Assembly (NCBI RefSeq): GCF_028368995.1
Contig: NZ_JAQNDL010000003.1
Location: 2,048,001-2,112,000 of the forward strand
Direction of reading: 5' to 3'
DNA length: 64,000 nucleotides
Source of the DNA: Nannocystis bainbridge
Lineage (GTDB): Bacteria > Myxococcota_A > Polyangia > Nannocystales > Nannocystaceae
Shown: positions 1-12,804 of the stretch, one piece after another
Layout of the letters: each line of letters begins with the position of its first letter
Numbering within the stretch: the first letter of the stretch is position 1
The notes under the pieces: generated by a model
Seen by the model: only the letters and a program-made list of their open reading frames with translations
The model's database searches: none
What the model was told of the DNA's origin: nothing
Position numbers and translations under genes: made by a program

Positions 1-363
1 CTGGCCCGCCACGGCGCCGACAAGGCGAAGATCCGCGCCGACATCGAGGCGCGGTTCGGCTACGACCTGCGCCGCAGCGTCGCCGCCATCCGGCCCCGAT
101 ATGCCTTCGACGTCACCTGTCAGGGCTCGGTGCCCGAGGCGATCATCGCCTTCCTCGACAGCGACGACGTCGAGTCGGCGATCCGCCTCGCCGTCTCGCT
201 CGGCGGCGACGCCGACACCCTCGCGTGCATGGCCGGCGCCGTGGCCCAGGCCTTTTATAAAGAGGTCCCGCCGGCCATCGTCGCCGAGGTCGAGCAGCGG
301 CTGCGGCCCGAGCTGTGGCAGCTGCTGCAAGACTTCTGCAAGCACTATCGCGTCCCGGCGTGA
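1..363 (+). CDS. ADP-ribosylglycohydrolase family protein, C-terminal part (5' truncated by window)
   Basis: Frame 1 is open from base 1 to TGA at 363. Contains FDVTCQGSVPEAI and AVSLGGDADTLACMAGAVA, typical of the DraG/ARH family. Confidence 0.85.
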   Translation: MARHGADKAKIRADIEARFGYDLRRSVAAIRPRYAFDVTCQGSVPEAIIAFLDSDDVESAIRLAVSLGGDADTLACMAGAVAQAFYKEVPPAIVAEVEQRLRPELWQLLQDFCKHYRVPA

Positions 364-719
364 GCCTGGCGCGCGGGCGGCGAACGTTCGCCGCCAACGG
401 AGCTCGCGGGCCGGCGCGTCGCGGCCGTTTGGCGGCCCGCAGGACCACGCAACGCCGACACCGCCACCTTGCCATGCACGAGCCGCCTGGCCGCTGAAGC
501 TCGATCGACCTCGGGCTCTCCCGCCGGCCGTCCCCGGTGCTTCACGCAGGGACACCCGCCCACCGGGCTCGTCGGCGGTCCCGATCGCCGCGCCGCGCCA
601 GCCGCCCATCGCCGCGGAACATCGGTTTCAGCCCGCTCCTCCGCCCCTCGTCGCCCCCCGCTGCGAAAATCCGTTCGCCGCCGCGGCCTCGTGGAGGCGC
701 CTGCTACCATCTGCGCCGC

Positions 720-2828
720 GTGTCCGGCACCAACCTATACGCCAGTCTGAGCTCGCTGCTCGCCGCCGCGGTGGCCGCAGCCATCGGCATCAGCGTCTAC
801 TTGCGCGACCGCGAGCGGGTCCAGTTCTCACGCTTCTTCGCCTTCTGTCTCAGCCTGTGTCTCTTCCACCTCGCGCGCTTCTTCGCCGGCTTGCCGAGCT
901 TGCCGCGCTCGCAGTGGGTCGCCGACACCCTCAGCCTCATGTTGCCGCTGATGGCCGACCGGTTCCTCTCGGGCTTCTTCCCGACGACCAACCCGGCCCC
1001 CGGGCGCAACCCTGTCCAGGGCCCGCTACTCGGCGTCCTGCTGGTGTTTCAGGTCATCGCCCTCGTCTTCCCGCAGCTCGCCGCCGAGCCGTGGTGGGTC
1101 GTCATCGACGTCAGCATCATGATCTACGTCGTCGGCGGCCTGTTCTTCGCCGTCATGCGGATGTGGCGGGCCGCTCGCGCAGCCGAGGGCACCGCCGCCG
1201 GCCCGCGCCTGCGCTACCTGTTCTACGCCGCCCTCATCGCCCTCGCGCTCGGTCAGCCGGCCGTCCCCGTCATCGGCCCGATCATCACCGCCGTCTATTT
1301 GTACTTCATGGCCCAGACGCTGACGCGCGAGCGTCTGCTCGACCTGCCGGAGATCCTCGGGCGGATCGCCAGCATGACGCTGCTCGTCATCACCGTCACC
1401 GCCGTCTACGCCGCGCTGGTGCTATGGGTCCCGTGGACCTTCGCCGGCGAGCCGATGCTGCTCGTCTTCAACACCCTGCTCGCCTCGTTCGCCGTGCTCG
1501 TGCTCATCGACCCGCTGCGCACCGTGCTCGATCGCCGGCTCGAGAGCTGGCTGTTCCACGACCGCACCGTCCTGCGGGCCCTGCTCGACCGCCTGCGTCG
1601 CCGCCTCGTCAACCTCATCGACCCCGACGAGATGGTCCGCGTCGTCATGAACACCTTGCGCGGCTCGGAGCGCGTCACCCGGGCCTCGCTGTTCCTGCTC
1701 GACCGTCAGGGCTCGGCGCTGCGGCTGCGCGGGCACACCGGCGCTCCCACCCCGCCCGCGAAGCTCGACCTCGCGACCCGGCGGCCCTTGCTCGAGCGCA
1801 TGCGCCAGAGCGGGCCGCTGCTGCGCGACGTGCTCGAGCGCCAGCGCGAGCGGGCCAACAACGAGCTCAAGGCCGAGCTCGACGAGTGCCTCGACACCTT
1901 CGCCGAGGTCGGCGCCAGCCTCGCCTTGCCGATCCGCGGCCTCGCCGGCGAGCAGCTCGAGGGCGGCCCGCCGCGGCTGCACCTGCTCGGCGTCCTCTTC
2001 GTCGACGACGAGCGCCTGCTCGAGCCGTTCTCGCGCGAGGAGGTCGAGCTGTTCGAGGGTGTCGTGGCCCAGGCCGCGGTGATGATCGAGAACTCGACCG
2101 TCTACGAGCAGCGCAAGGAGCGCGACCGGCTCGCTGCGCTCGGCGAGATGGCCGCCGGTCTGGCCCACGAGATCCGCAACCCGCTCGGCGCGATCAAGGG
2201 CGCCGTCCAGGTCGTCGAGCCCGGGCTGCAGGACGCCGACCCGACCACGCGCGAGTTCCTCGGCGTCATCGTCGAGGAGGTCGAGCGGCTCAACCGCGTC
2301 GTCACCCAGTTCCTCACCTACTCGCGGCCGTTCACCGGGCAAATGGGCCCGGTCGTGCTCGGCGAGGTCGTCGTCACCACCATGCGCCTGCTCGACGAGG
2401 ACGCCCGCGCGCGCGTCACCTTCACCCAGCCGGCGAACCTGCCGCCGGTGCGCGGCGACGCCGAGGCGCTGCGCCAGGTCCTGCTCAACCTCCTGCGCAA
2501 CGCCTTTGACGCGCTGTCCGGCCAGGATCCGCCGGGGCGGGTGTTCGTGTCGCTCGGCCTGCGCCGGCACGGCCTCGGCAGCGGCGACGCCGTCACCCTC
2601 ACGGTCCGCGACAACGGCCCCGGGTTCGCCCCTGGCGCGCTGGCCAACCTGTTTGTCCCCTTCCACACCACCAAGGCCGCGGGCACCGGCCTGGGGCTGC
2701 CCATCAGCCAGCGGATCGTGGAGAATCACCGCGGGCTCATCGAGGTCAGCGCCCCCGAGGCCGGCGGCGCCCAGTTCACGATCGTCCTGCCCGTCCACGC
2801 CCAGCCGCGCGCCGAGTCGCCGACCTGA
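720..2828 (+). CDS. Membrane sensor histidine kinase (multi-TM, GAF-like, HisKA, HATPase)
   Basis: Hydrophobic N-terminus, H-box LAHEIRNPL, N-box NLLRNA, and DNGPG and GTGLGL boxes. GTG at 720 chosen as start. Confidence 0.9.
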   Translation: MSGTNLYASLSSLLAAAVAAAIGISVYLRDRERVQFSRFFAFCLSLCLFHLARFFAGLPSLPRSQWVADTLSLMLPLMADRFLSGFFPTTNPAPGRNPVQGPLLGVLLVFQVIALVFPQLAAEPWWVVIDVSIMIYVVGGLFFAVMRMWRAARAAEGTAAGPRLRYLFYAALIALALGQPAVPVIGPIITAVYLYFMAQTLTRERLLDLPEILGRIASMTLLVITVTAVYAALVLWVPWTFAGEPMLLVFNTLLASFAVLVLIDPLRTVLDRRLESWLFHDRTVLRALLDRLRRRLVNLIDPDEMVRVVMNTLRGSERVTRASLFLLDRQGSALRLRGHTGAPTPPAKLDLATRRPLLERMRQSGPLLRDVLERQRERANNELKAELDECLDTFAEVGASLALPIRGLAGEQLEGGPPRLHLLGVLFVDDERLLEPFSREEVELFEGVVAQAAVMIENSTVYEQRKERDRLAALGEMAAGLAHEIRNPLGAIKGAVQVVEPGLQDADPTTREFLGVIVEEVERLNRVVTQFLTYSRPFTGQMGPVVLGEVVVTTMRLLDEDARARVTFTQPANLPPVRGDAEALRQVLLNLLRNAFDALSGQDPPGRVFVSLGLRRHGLGSGDAVTLTVRDNGPGFAPGALANLFVPFHTTKAAGTGLGLPISQRIVENHRGLIEVSAPEAGGAQFTIVLPVHAQPRAESPT

Positions 2829-2879
2829 CGCTCGCCGAATTCTGCTCGAGTCTCATCTGCCCCTTCAGACAGGTTCATC

Positions 2880-4388
<1,509 letters not shown>

Positions 4389-4630
4389 CCCCGAAGTCGA
4401 GGCCGCGTGCGCGGCAGATCTCGCCCCACGTCGCCCGCCGCGCCCGAGCCCGCCGCGCGGGCTCCGCGACGGCGAGCGTGGGGCCTCACGGGCGCCGGAC
4501 GGCCGAAAACGGGGTCGAGGGCCTGGCAAAGGGTCCCTTCTTCCGGGTTTTTCGCCGTGGGATCGGTGGCTTGCGGTGCTGCAATCGGGGTCGGGATCGT
4601 GGCTGGCCCGGTCGCTTCGGCCCAGGAATG

Positions 4631-4660
4631 TTGACGCTACAGGCCGCGCGCTGGTAGCGT
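4631..4660 (+). promoter_or_regulatory. Candidate sigma70-type promoter
   Basis: TTGACG-N18-TAGCGT with a TG extension, 27 bp upstream of ATG 4688. Confidence 0.45.
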
Positions 4661-4687
4661 GCAGCGACCCCTCTTGAGGTGCTCCCT

Positions 4688-6172
4688 ATGCGGAAACTGT
4701 GCCGCCTCCTGCCCGTCCTGACTCTTCTCGGCGCGGTCGCTCTCGCTGCCCCCACGGCGAATGCTGCCGAGGTCACGCGAGTGGCGAGCTCCTTCGACGG
4801 CGACAACAAGTTCGATTTCCACTTCGGGGTCGGCTACGACTTCAACTTCAAGCAGGCGGCGATCCTCCGCGAGTGGAGCGACCCGAACAACCCGAAGAGC
4901 ACCATGGTGCGCGACCTGCTGTACAGACAGCAGCGGCACGTGGTGACGCCGACGATGGAGATCGGTCTCTACAAGGACCTCGCCATCTACGCGGCCCTGC
5001 CGATCGTCATCAGCGACCAGCGGACCTACGGCTTCGACCAGAAGGCCGAGCCCTGCGTGTACGCCCAGGACGCCACCGGCACCAACCCGGCGACCTGCGT
5101 CCGTCACGACAACAGCACGACGATCCGCGACGGCATCATCCCGCGTGACGGCTTCAACGCCATGAACGCGGCCAGCCCGTTCGGCGCGTTCGGCGGCGCG
5201 GGCACCGAGACGATCTTCAAGGGCGCCAACCGCTACGGCCTCGACCAGCTGATCGTCGGCCTGAAGATCGGCATCCTGAACCAGGACCGGCTGTCGCACA
5301 TGCCGAAGTGGGTCCTCGGTCTCGAGGGTCGGTTCGCCGTCGGCAAGCCGATGACCTTCTCGCGCGACACCGTCGACAGCGACCCGGCGGGCAACCACCG
5401 CGTCGGTCGCGGCACCCACGAGCTCGGCGTGTGGACGGCCCTCTCGCGCCGTTACCGCTTCCTCGACCCGTTCTTCACCGCGTGGTGGTACCAGGCCATC
5501 CGCGCCAACGGCTCCGAGTTCAAGAACTACGGCGCGACGCAGGACCGCATCAACCCGCAGTCCAACGTCGGCGTGTCGTTCGGCACCGAGATCGTGCCGT
5601 TCGAGCGCAAGGCCAAGGGCCAGAAGGTCGCGCTCAACCTGCGCGGCCTGGCGATGCTCAAGTACGGCGGCCGCGGCTACAGCGAGGCGTGGGAGCTGTT
5701 CGCCGACAGCCCGGCGCTCGTCGGCACCTTCCAACCCGGCCAGGCCGGCCTCGAGTGTGATCGCGGCGCGGTCGACAGCGTGGTCCAGTACGCCAAGGAC
5801 AACCCGCAGAACGGCGACGCGCTCGGCGGCTCGGGCGTCACCGGTCGCTCGGGCGGCGGCGGGTGCCAGCGCTTCAACGGCATCACCAACATCCAGGACT
5901 TCGCGACCTTCGGCGTCAACATCGCGCTGCACGCCCAGCTCAGCAAGTACGCGATGCTGATGATCGGCACCACGCTGACCACCGACACCCGCCACCTCAT
6001 CACCGCGGCCAGCCGCGGCAAGGCGGCCCTCGGCGGCGACCCCAACCTCGTCGACCAGCCCAACGAGATCAACCCGGTCCGCCGCGACGTGATCGACCAG
6101 GTCGGCCGCCGCTACGCCGTCGGCGACGTGTTCGGCGCGATGGGCTACTTCCGCTTCCTGCTCACCTTCTGA
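4688..6172 (+). CDS. Exported protein, probable outer-membrane beta-barrel
   Basis: Signal peptide ending ANA-A, alternating aromatic beta-strands, C-terminal GYFRFLLTF with terminal Phe, and strongly GC3-biased codons. Confidence 0.7.
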   Translation: MRKLCRLLPVLTLLGAVALAAPTANAAEVTRVASSFDGDNKFDFHFGVGYDFNFKQAAILREWSDPNNPKSTMVRDLLYRQQRHVVTPTMEIGLYKDLAIYAALPIVISDQRTYGFDQKAEPCVYAQDATGTNPATCVRHDNSTTIRDGIIPRDGFNAMNAASPFGAFGGAGTETIFKGANRYGLDQLIVGLKIGILNQDRLSHMPKWVLGLEGRFAVGKPMTFSRDTVDSDPAGNHRVGRGTHELGVWTALSRRYRFLDPFFTAWWYQAIRANGSEFKNYGATQDRINPQSNVGVSFGTEIVPFERKAKGQKVALNLRGLAMLKYGGRGYSEAWELFADSPALVGTFQPGQAGLECDRGAVDSVVQYAKDNPQNGDALGGSGVTGRSGGGGCQRFNGITNIQDFATFGVNIALHAQLSKYAMLMIGTTLTTDTRHLITAASRGKAALGGDPNLVDQPNEINPVRRDVIDQVGRRYAVGDVFGAMGYFRFLLTF

Positions 6173-6178
6173 GCCGGC

Positions 6179-6220
6179 TGCCCCAGGGGACATGTCCGGA
6201 CGGCCCTGGCCGCCCGGACA
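6179..6220. repeat. Three head-to-tail degenerate TGTC-N6-GACA 14-mers
   Basis: TGCC-ccaggg-GACA / TGTC-cggacg-GCCC / TGGC-cgcccg-GACA. Confidence 0.6.
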
Positions 6221-6260
6221 TGTTTGTTTAAGGGGCCGGCCTCGCCGCCCAGGCCGCGAT

Positions 6261-6370
6261 CAGGACGACCCGAAGCACCTGTCCTTCGGGACGCTCGCCG
6301 CGGCCGAGGTCAGGACGACCCGACCCACCTGTCCTTCGGGACGCTCGCCGCTGCCGAGGTCAGGACGATC
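6261..6370. repeat. 50-bp tandem repeat (about 2.2 copies)
   Basis: 6261-6310 and 6311-6360 are near-identical (caggacgacccga..cacctgtccttcgggacgctcgccgc.gccgaggt). A third partial copy follows. Confidence 0.85.
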
Positions 6371-6413
6371 CGGGCGCCCCACCGCACCTGTCTCACCTGG
6401 CCCTTCGGCCAGC

Positions 6414-7270
6414 TCACTCGCTGGCGCGGCGCAGGGCCCCGAGCTGCTCGTAGATCGCCCGCGCCTCGAGCCCGGTGAGCGCCGCGATCTGCTTGGCCTT
6501 CTCGCGCGGCTTCAGCCCCGGGTCGCACACCAGCTGCCACAGCGCCCGCGCGGCGTCCTGCGCCGGGTCGGCGGCCGCCGGCGCCTGCGTGCCCGCGAGC
6601 ACCACCGTCACCTCGCCGCGCAGCGCCTCGTCGACCGTGGCCGCCAGCTCGGTCAGCGAGCCGCGCAGCACTTCTTGGTGCTGCTTCGTCAGCTCGCGGC
6701 CGATCGCCACCCGCCGCAGCTCGGCGTCGGGCAGCGCCGCCGCCAGATCGCGCAGCAGCGCCGGCACCCGGTTGCCCGCCTCGTACAGCAGCACCGTCCC
6801 GCGCTCGTGCGCGATCGACTCCAGCCGCTCCGCCCGCTCCGCCCCGCCGCGCGGCAGGAAGCCGAGGAACCGCACGTCCTCGGCCGGCAGCCCGCTGAGG
6901 CACAGCGCCACCGCGGCGGCCGTCGGCCCCGGCACCACGTCGACCGCGTAGCCGGCCTCGACCGCCGCCTGGACCAGGCGCAGGCCCGGGTCGCTCCACA
7001 CCGGCAGCCCCGCCTCCGACACGTACGCGACCACCTTGCCGCGCGCGAGGTTGTCGAGCAGCAGCGCCACGCGATCGCCCTCGTTGGCGACGAAGCAGCT
7101 GATCCGCGGCGGCAGGGTCGCGCCCTCGCCGAGCAGGCGCAGCGGGCTGCGCGTGTCCTCGCAGAACAGCACGTCGGCGCCGACGATCGCCTCGCGGGCG
7201 CGCGGGCTGAGGTCGCCGCGGTTGCCGAGCGGCGTGCCGACCAGCACCAGCATCCCCGGCGATTCGGCGC

Positions 7271-7274
<4 letters not shown>
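6414..7274 (-). CDS. rsmI: 16S rRNA (cytidine1402-2'-O)-methyltransferase
   Basis: [43 protein letters not shown]. Confidence 0.93.
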
Positions 7275-8401
<1,127 letters not shown>

Positions 8402-8607
8402 GCCGGGGCGGAGTCTACGCCGCCGCTCGCCATCTTTGACAGGCCGACGGAGGTTCGCCCGTGCGCGACCTCCGGGACGCGACCCGGGGCGGGTGCCCGC
8501 GGTTTCGGCCGCGCTGCTGCGCCGCCACCGCGCGGCCCCGGCCCGCCTACACACGTCCGGCTGCCTCGTGGTGGCCAGTGTGCTTGCCCCCCACTACACT
8601 GGCCAAC

Positions 8608-11600
8608 GTGATCGCTCCGCTTCGTGGTCGACTCGGTCGGGCCTCCACCCCGGCCATCGTCTTCGGCTCCTTCGCCCTCGCACTCGGGCTCACGGCCGTG
8701 CAGGACCGCGAGGCGCTGGCCCAGCGCAGCGAGGCGCGCGCCCCGGCCCGGGCCGCCGCTCAGACCTACGACGCCACCGACCTGCGGATCCTCGACTGGA
8801 CCCTCTGGTACGTCGCCAAGTACTACGTCGAGCCCGAGCGCATCGACCCCCACCGGATGACGATCGCCGGCCTCGAGGGGCTCGAGCAGGCCATCCCGCA
8901 GGTGCTCGTCGAGCCGCTCGGCGGCGGCAAGAAGGCCGCGCGGGTCAAGGTCCGCGTCGGCACCGCCGAGCAGGAGTTCGAGCTCGGCAGCGTCGACGCG
9001 CTGTGGGCCGTCGGCACCCACGTGCGCGACGTGTTCCGCTTCGTCGCCCGCCACACCACCCTCAGCGAGGACGACCGCCGCGACGCCGAGTACGCGATCG
9101 TCGAGGGCGTGCTCGGCACCCTCGACCCGCACACCAACCTGCTGCGGCCCGACGAGTTCGACGTCATGAAGACCAGCACGAAGGGCAGCTTCGGCGGGCT
9201 CGGCATCGAGGTCGGCATGCGCGACGGCATGATCACGGTGATCCGCGTGATCGACGGCAACCCGGCCTCCAAGGCGGGGATCGAGTCGGGCGACCGCATC
9301 GTCCAGATCGACGAGGAGTCGACGGTGACGATGTCGCTCAACGAGGCGGTCGACCACATGCGCGGCGAGCCCGGCACCGCGGTGGCGCTGCACATCCGCC
9401 GCGAGGGCGTCGACAAGCCCAAGCGGTTCCGCATCACCCGCGACGTCATCACGCTCGACAGCGTCACCGGCACCGTGCTGCCGGGCGTCAACAGCGAGGG
9501 TCAGCCGGTCAAGGTCGGCCTGGTCCAGATCCAGCGCAACTTCGCCCAGACCACCGGCAAGGAGCTGCGGGCCAAGCTGGCCGAGTTCGAGAAGGCCGGG
9601 GTCCGCGGCATCGTCCTCGACATGCGCGACAACCCGGGCGGCCTGCTCACCGCCGCGGTCGAGGTCGCCGACGCGTTCCTCAAGTCGGGCGTGATCGTCT
9701 CGACCGTCGGCCCTGGCGCCCCGCGCGAGGACCTCACCGCCGACGACCGCTACGACTTCGCCAACGTGCCGGTGGTGGTGCTGATCGACCAGGGCTCGGC
9801 GAGCGCGACCGAGATCGTCGCCGGCGCCCTGCGCAACCTCGGCCGCGCCGTCCTGCTCGGCCGCCGCACCTTCGGCAAGGGCTCGGTGCAGGTGCTACAC
9901 GACCGCAAGGTGGCCGACAAGGAGCTCGCGCTCAAGCTGACGATCGCCCAGTACCTCACCCCCGGCGACGTCTCGATCCAGTCGGTCGGCGTCAGCCCCG
10001 ACCTCGAGACCCTGCCGGTCGTCGTCACCAAGGACTTCGTCGCCTACCACGGCCGCAAGCGCTTCGACCTCGTGCGCGAGGAGTCGCTGGCCTCGCACCT
10101 CACCTCGACCAAGGCCGACCCGTCGCAGAAGATCACCGCCGGCCCGCTCTACTTCCTCAGCAACGCCATGGTCCCCGACGACGACGGCGGCGACGAGAAG
10201 TCCGAGGCCGCCAAGCAGAAGGAGCGCGACAAGCTGCGCGCGGCCAAGACCGACAAGGCCGGCAACCTGACGGTGGAGGCGCTGCTCGAGGACCCGGAGA
10301 TCCGCATGGCCCGCGACCTGGTGGTGTGGGCGCCGTCGCCGTCGCGCGACGCGATCCTGGCCAAGATCGGCGACTTCGTGGCCAAGGAGACGGCGGTCGA
10401 GGAGAAGCGGCTGACCGAGGCGTTCGCCAAGCGCGGGATCGACTGGAGCCCCGGCACGGCGCCCGAGGCCGGCAAGGGCGCGGTGCTGCGCATGTCCGTC
10501 AAGATCGACAAGAAGGACAACACGGTCCTCGCCGGCGAGACGGGCGTCGTCACCGTGACCGTCACCAACGAGGGCACGGCCCCGGCCTACCAGGTCCGCG
10601 CCTTCTCCGACTCCGACTACTCGTACTTCGACGAGCGCGAGCTGCTGCTCGGCCGCATCGACCCCGGGCAGACGCGCACCGCGACCGCCAAGGTCAACGT
10701 CAACGAGCACGAGCTGTCGCGCACCGATCGCATGGAGCTGCAGCTGTTCGACCGCCACGGCTCGACGGTGTCGCCGAGCTCGCAGCGCTTCATCGACATC
10801 AGCAGCGCCGGCATCCCGCGCCCCGACTTCTCGCTGGCCTATCAGCTGCTCGACGACCCCAAGGCCGGCGCCAACATCCACGGCAACGGCGACGGCGCGC
10901 TGCAGGTCGGCGAGCGCGTGCGCCTGCGCGTGCACGTGCGCAACACCGGCGAGGGCCAGGCGCTCGACGCCTGGGTCAACCTCAAGAACATGAACGGCGA
11001 CGCGGTGTTCCTCCACACCGGCCGCGAGCAGCTCAAGGCGCTGCCGACCGGCGACGGCCGCGTGGTCGAGTTCGACTTCGAGGTCAAGAAGGCGCCGACC
11101 GAGGGCGAGGTCAAGCTGCAGCTGTCGGCCCACGACGCGAAGATCGGCGTGGCGCTGGCGCAGAAGCTGCACTTCCCGCTGGCCCAGAGCACGGTGACGG
11201 TGGCGCCGGCGACCGGGACGGCGGCGTGCGAGAAGGCGTGCGAGCTGGTCCAGAGCCCGCTGGCCGCCGACAAGGTGGTGGCCCGCGCCGAGGCCGGCTC
11301 GGGCCTCAAGGTCACCGGCCGCGCCGACGGCTGGCTGCGCGTCGACCTCGACGGCAAGCGCTCCGCGTTCGTCAAGGATGCCCAGGCCAAGCTCGGCGAG
11401 CGCGGCAGCAAGCCGAAGATCACCGACGTGTTCGCCATCAGCCCGCCGCGCATCGCCCTGGCCCAGAGCCCGAGCCAGACGGCCGACCCGCGCATGAAGG
11501 TCAGCGGCACGATCACCGACAGTGAGGCGGTCCGCGACGTCTTCATCACGGTGGTCAACCCGTCGCGCGACCTGTTCGGCAAGGCGGAGAAGGTGTTCTA

Positions 11601-11820
11601 CCAGGCGGCCACCAACCCGAAGGACGGCAAGCTCGAGTTCTCGGCCGACATCCCGCTGACGCCGGGCAACAACTTCATCGAGGTCCGGGCCCGCGAAGAC
11701 GACGACGTCAGCGCGGCCAAGCACATGTGGGTGCTGCGCACGAGCGGCCTCGAGGAGGCCCGCTCGAACGAGCTCCACAAGTCGACCGGCAAGCTCAGCG
11801 TCGACACGCTGTCGAAGTAA
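8608..11820 (+). CDS. S41 C-terminal processing peptidase with PDZ and long C-terminal Ig-like/SH3-like extension (MXAN_5808-like)
   Basis: LDPHT, GSFGGLGI, DMRDNPGG, SASATEIVAGAL, TFGKGSVQ. Start estimated. Confidence 0.88.
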   Translation: MIAPLRGRLGRASTPAIVFGSFALALGLTAVQDREALAQRSEARAPARAAAQTYDATDLRILDWTLWYVAKYYVEPERIDPHRMTIAGLEGLEQAIPQVLVEPLGGGKKAARVKVRVGTAEQEFELGSVDALWAVGTHVRDVFRFVARHTTLSEDDRRDAEYAIVEGVLGTLDPHTNLLRPDEFDVMKTSTKGSFGGLGIEVGMRDGMITVIRVIDGNPASKAGIESGDRIVQIDEESTVTMSLNEAVDHMRGEPGTAVALHIRREGVDKPKRFRITRDVITLDSVTGTVLPGVNSEGQPVKVGLVQIQRNFAQTTGKELRAKLAEFEKAGVRGIVLDMRDNPGGLLTAAVEVADAFLKSGVIVSTVGPGAPREDLTADDRYDFANVPVVVLIDQGSASATEIVAGALRNLGRAVLLGRRTFGKGSVQVLHDRKVADKELALKLTIAQYLTPGDVSIQSVGVSPDLETLPVVVTKDFVAYHGRKRFDLVREESLASHLTSTKADPSQKITAGPLYFLSNAMVPDDDGGDEKSEAAKQKERDKLRAAKTDKAGNLTVEALLEDPEIRMARDLVVWAPSPSRDAILAKIGDFVAKETAVEEKRLTEAFAKRGIDWSPGTAPEAGKGAVLRMSVKIDKKDNTVLAGETGVVTVTVTNEGTAPAYQVRAFSDSDYSYFDERELLLGRIDPGQTRTATAKVNVNEHELSRTDRMELQLFDRHGSTVSPSSQRFIDISSAGIPRPDFSLAYQLLDDPKAGANIHGNGDGALQVGERVRLRVHVRNTGEGQALDAWVNLKNMNGDAVFLHTGREQLKALPTGDGRVVEFDFEVKKAPTEGEVKLQLSAHDAKIGVALAQKLHFPLAQSTVTVAPATGTAACEKACELVQSPLAADKVVARAEAGSGLKVTGRADGWLRVDLDGKRSAFVKDAQAKLGERGSKPKITDVFAISPPRIALAQSPSQTADPRMKVSGTITDSEAVRDVFITVVNPSRDLFGKAEKVFYQAATNPKDGKLEFSADIPLTPGNNFIEVRAREDDDVSAAKHMWVLRTSGLEEARSNELHKSTGKLSVDTLSK

Positions 11821-11957
11821 GCACCCCGCACGGACCGGCGGCTCGCCCGGGCTCGGAAGAGCGCCGCGCGGGCCGCAGGACCGTCGTGCGGCCCCGGCTC
11901 GCGGAGCTTCGCGGGCCCGCTGGCGCGCGAGCGATGGCCGCGGGTACCGTGGCGAGC

Positions 11958-12584
<627 letters not shown>

Positions 12585-12804
12585 CCCGCCCGCTCGAGCC
12601 GAGGTCGAGCGGCGTGCGGTGAGCAACTCTCGTCACGCCGCGGCCAGCGAGCTGACCCTCGTGGATGAGGATCACGGCCTGGTTCTCGGCGACGTCCCTC
12701 GCAACCGGTCGCATCCGCCTCGCTCGCGCTCGGACCCTGCGCGGCAAGGACCAGGCCCGCTCGCTCGCCGATGAACGACACCGGCCGCGCACGGGCGGCC
12801 CGCG

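Noticed and set aside
4389-4687. Sigma54 promoter controlled by the adjacent enhancer-binding protein
   Set aside because: No convincing TGGCAC-N5-TTGC was found, and a sigma70-like promoter fits better.
6261-6400. Possible mini-CRISPR array
   Set aside because: The units repeat over their whole length with no unique spacers, and there are no cas genes in the window.
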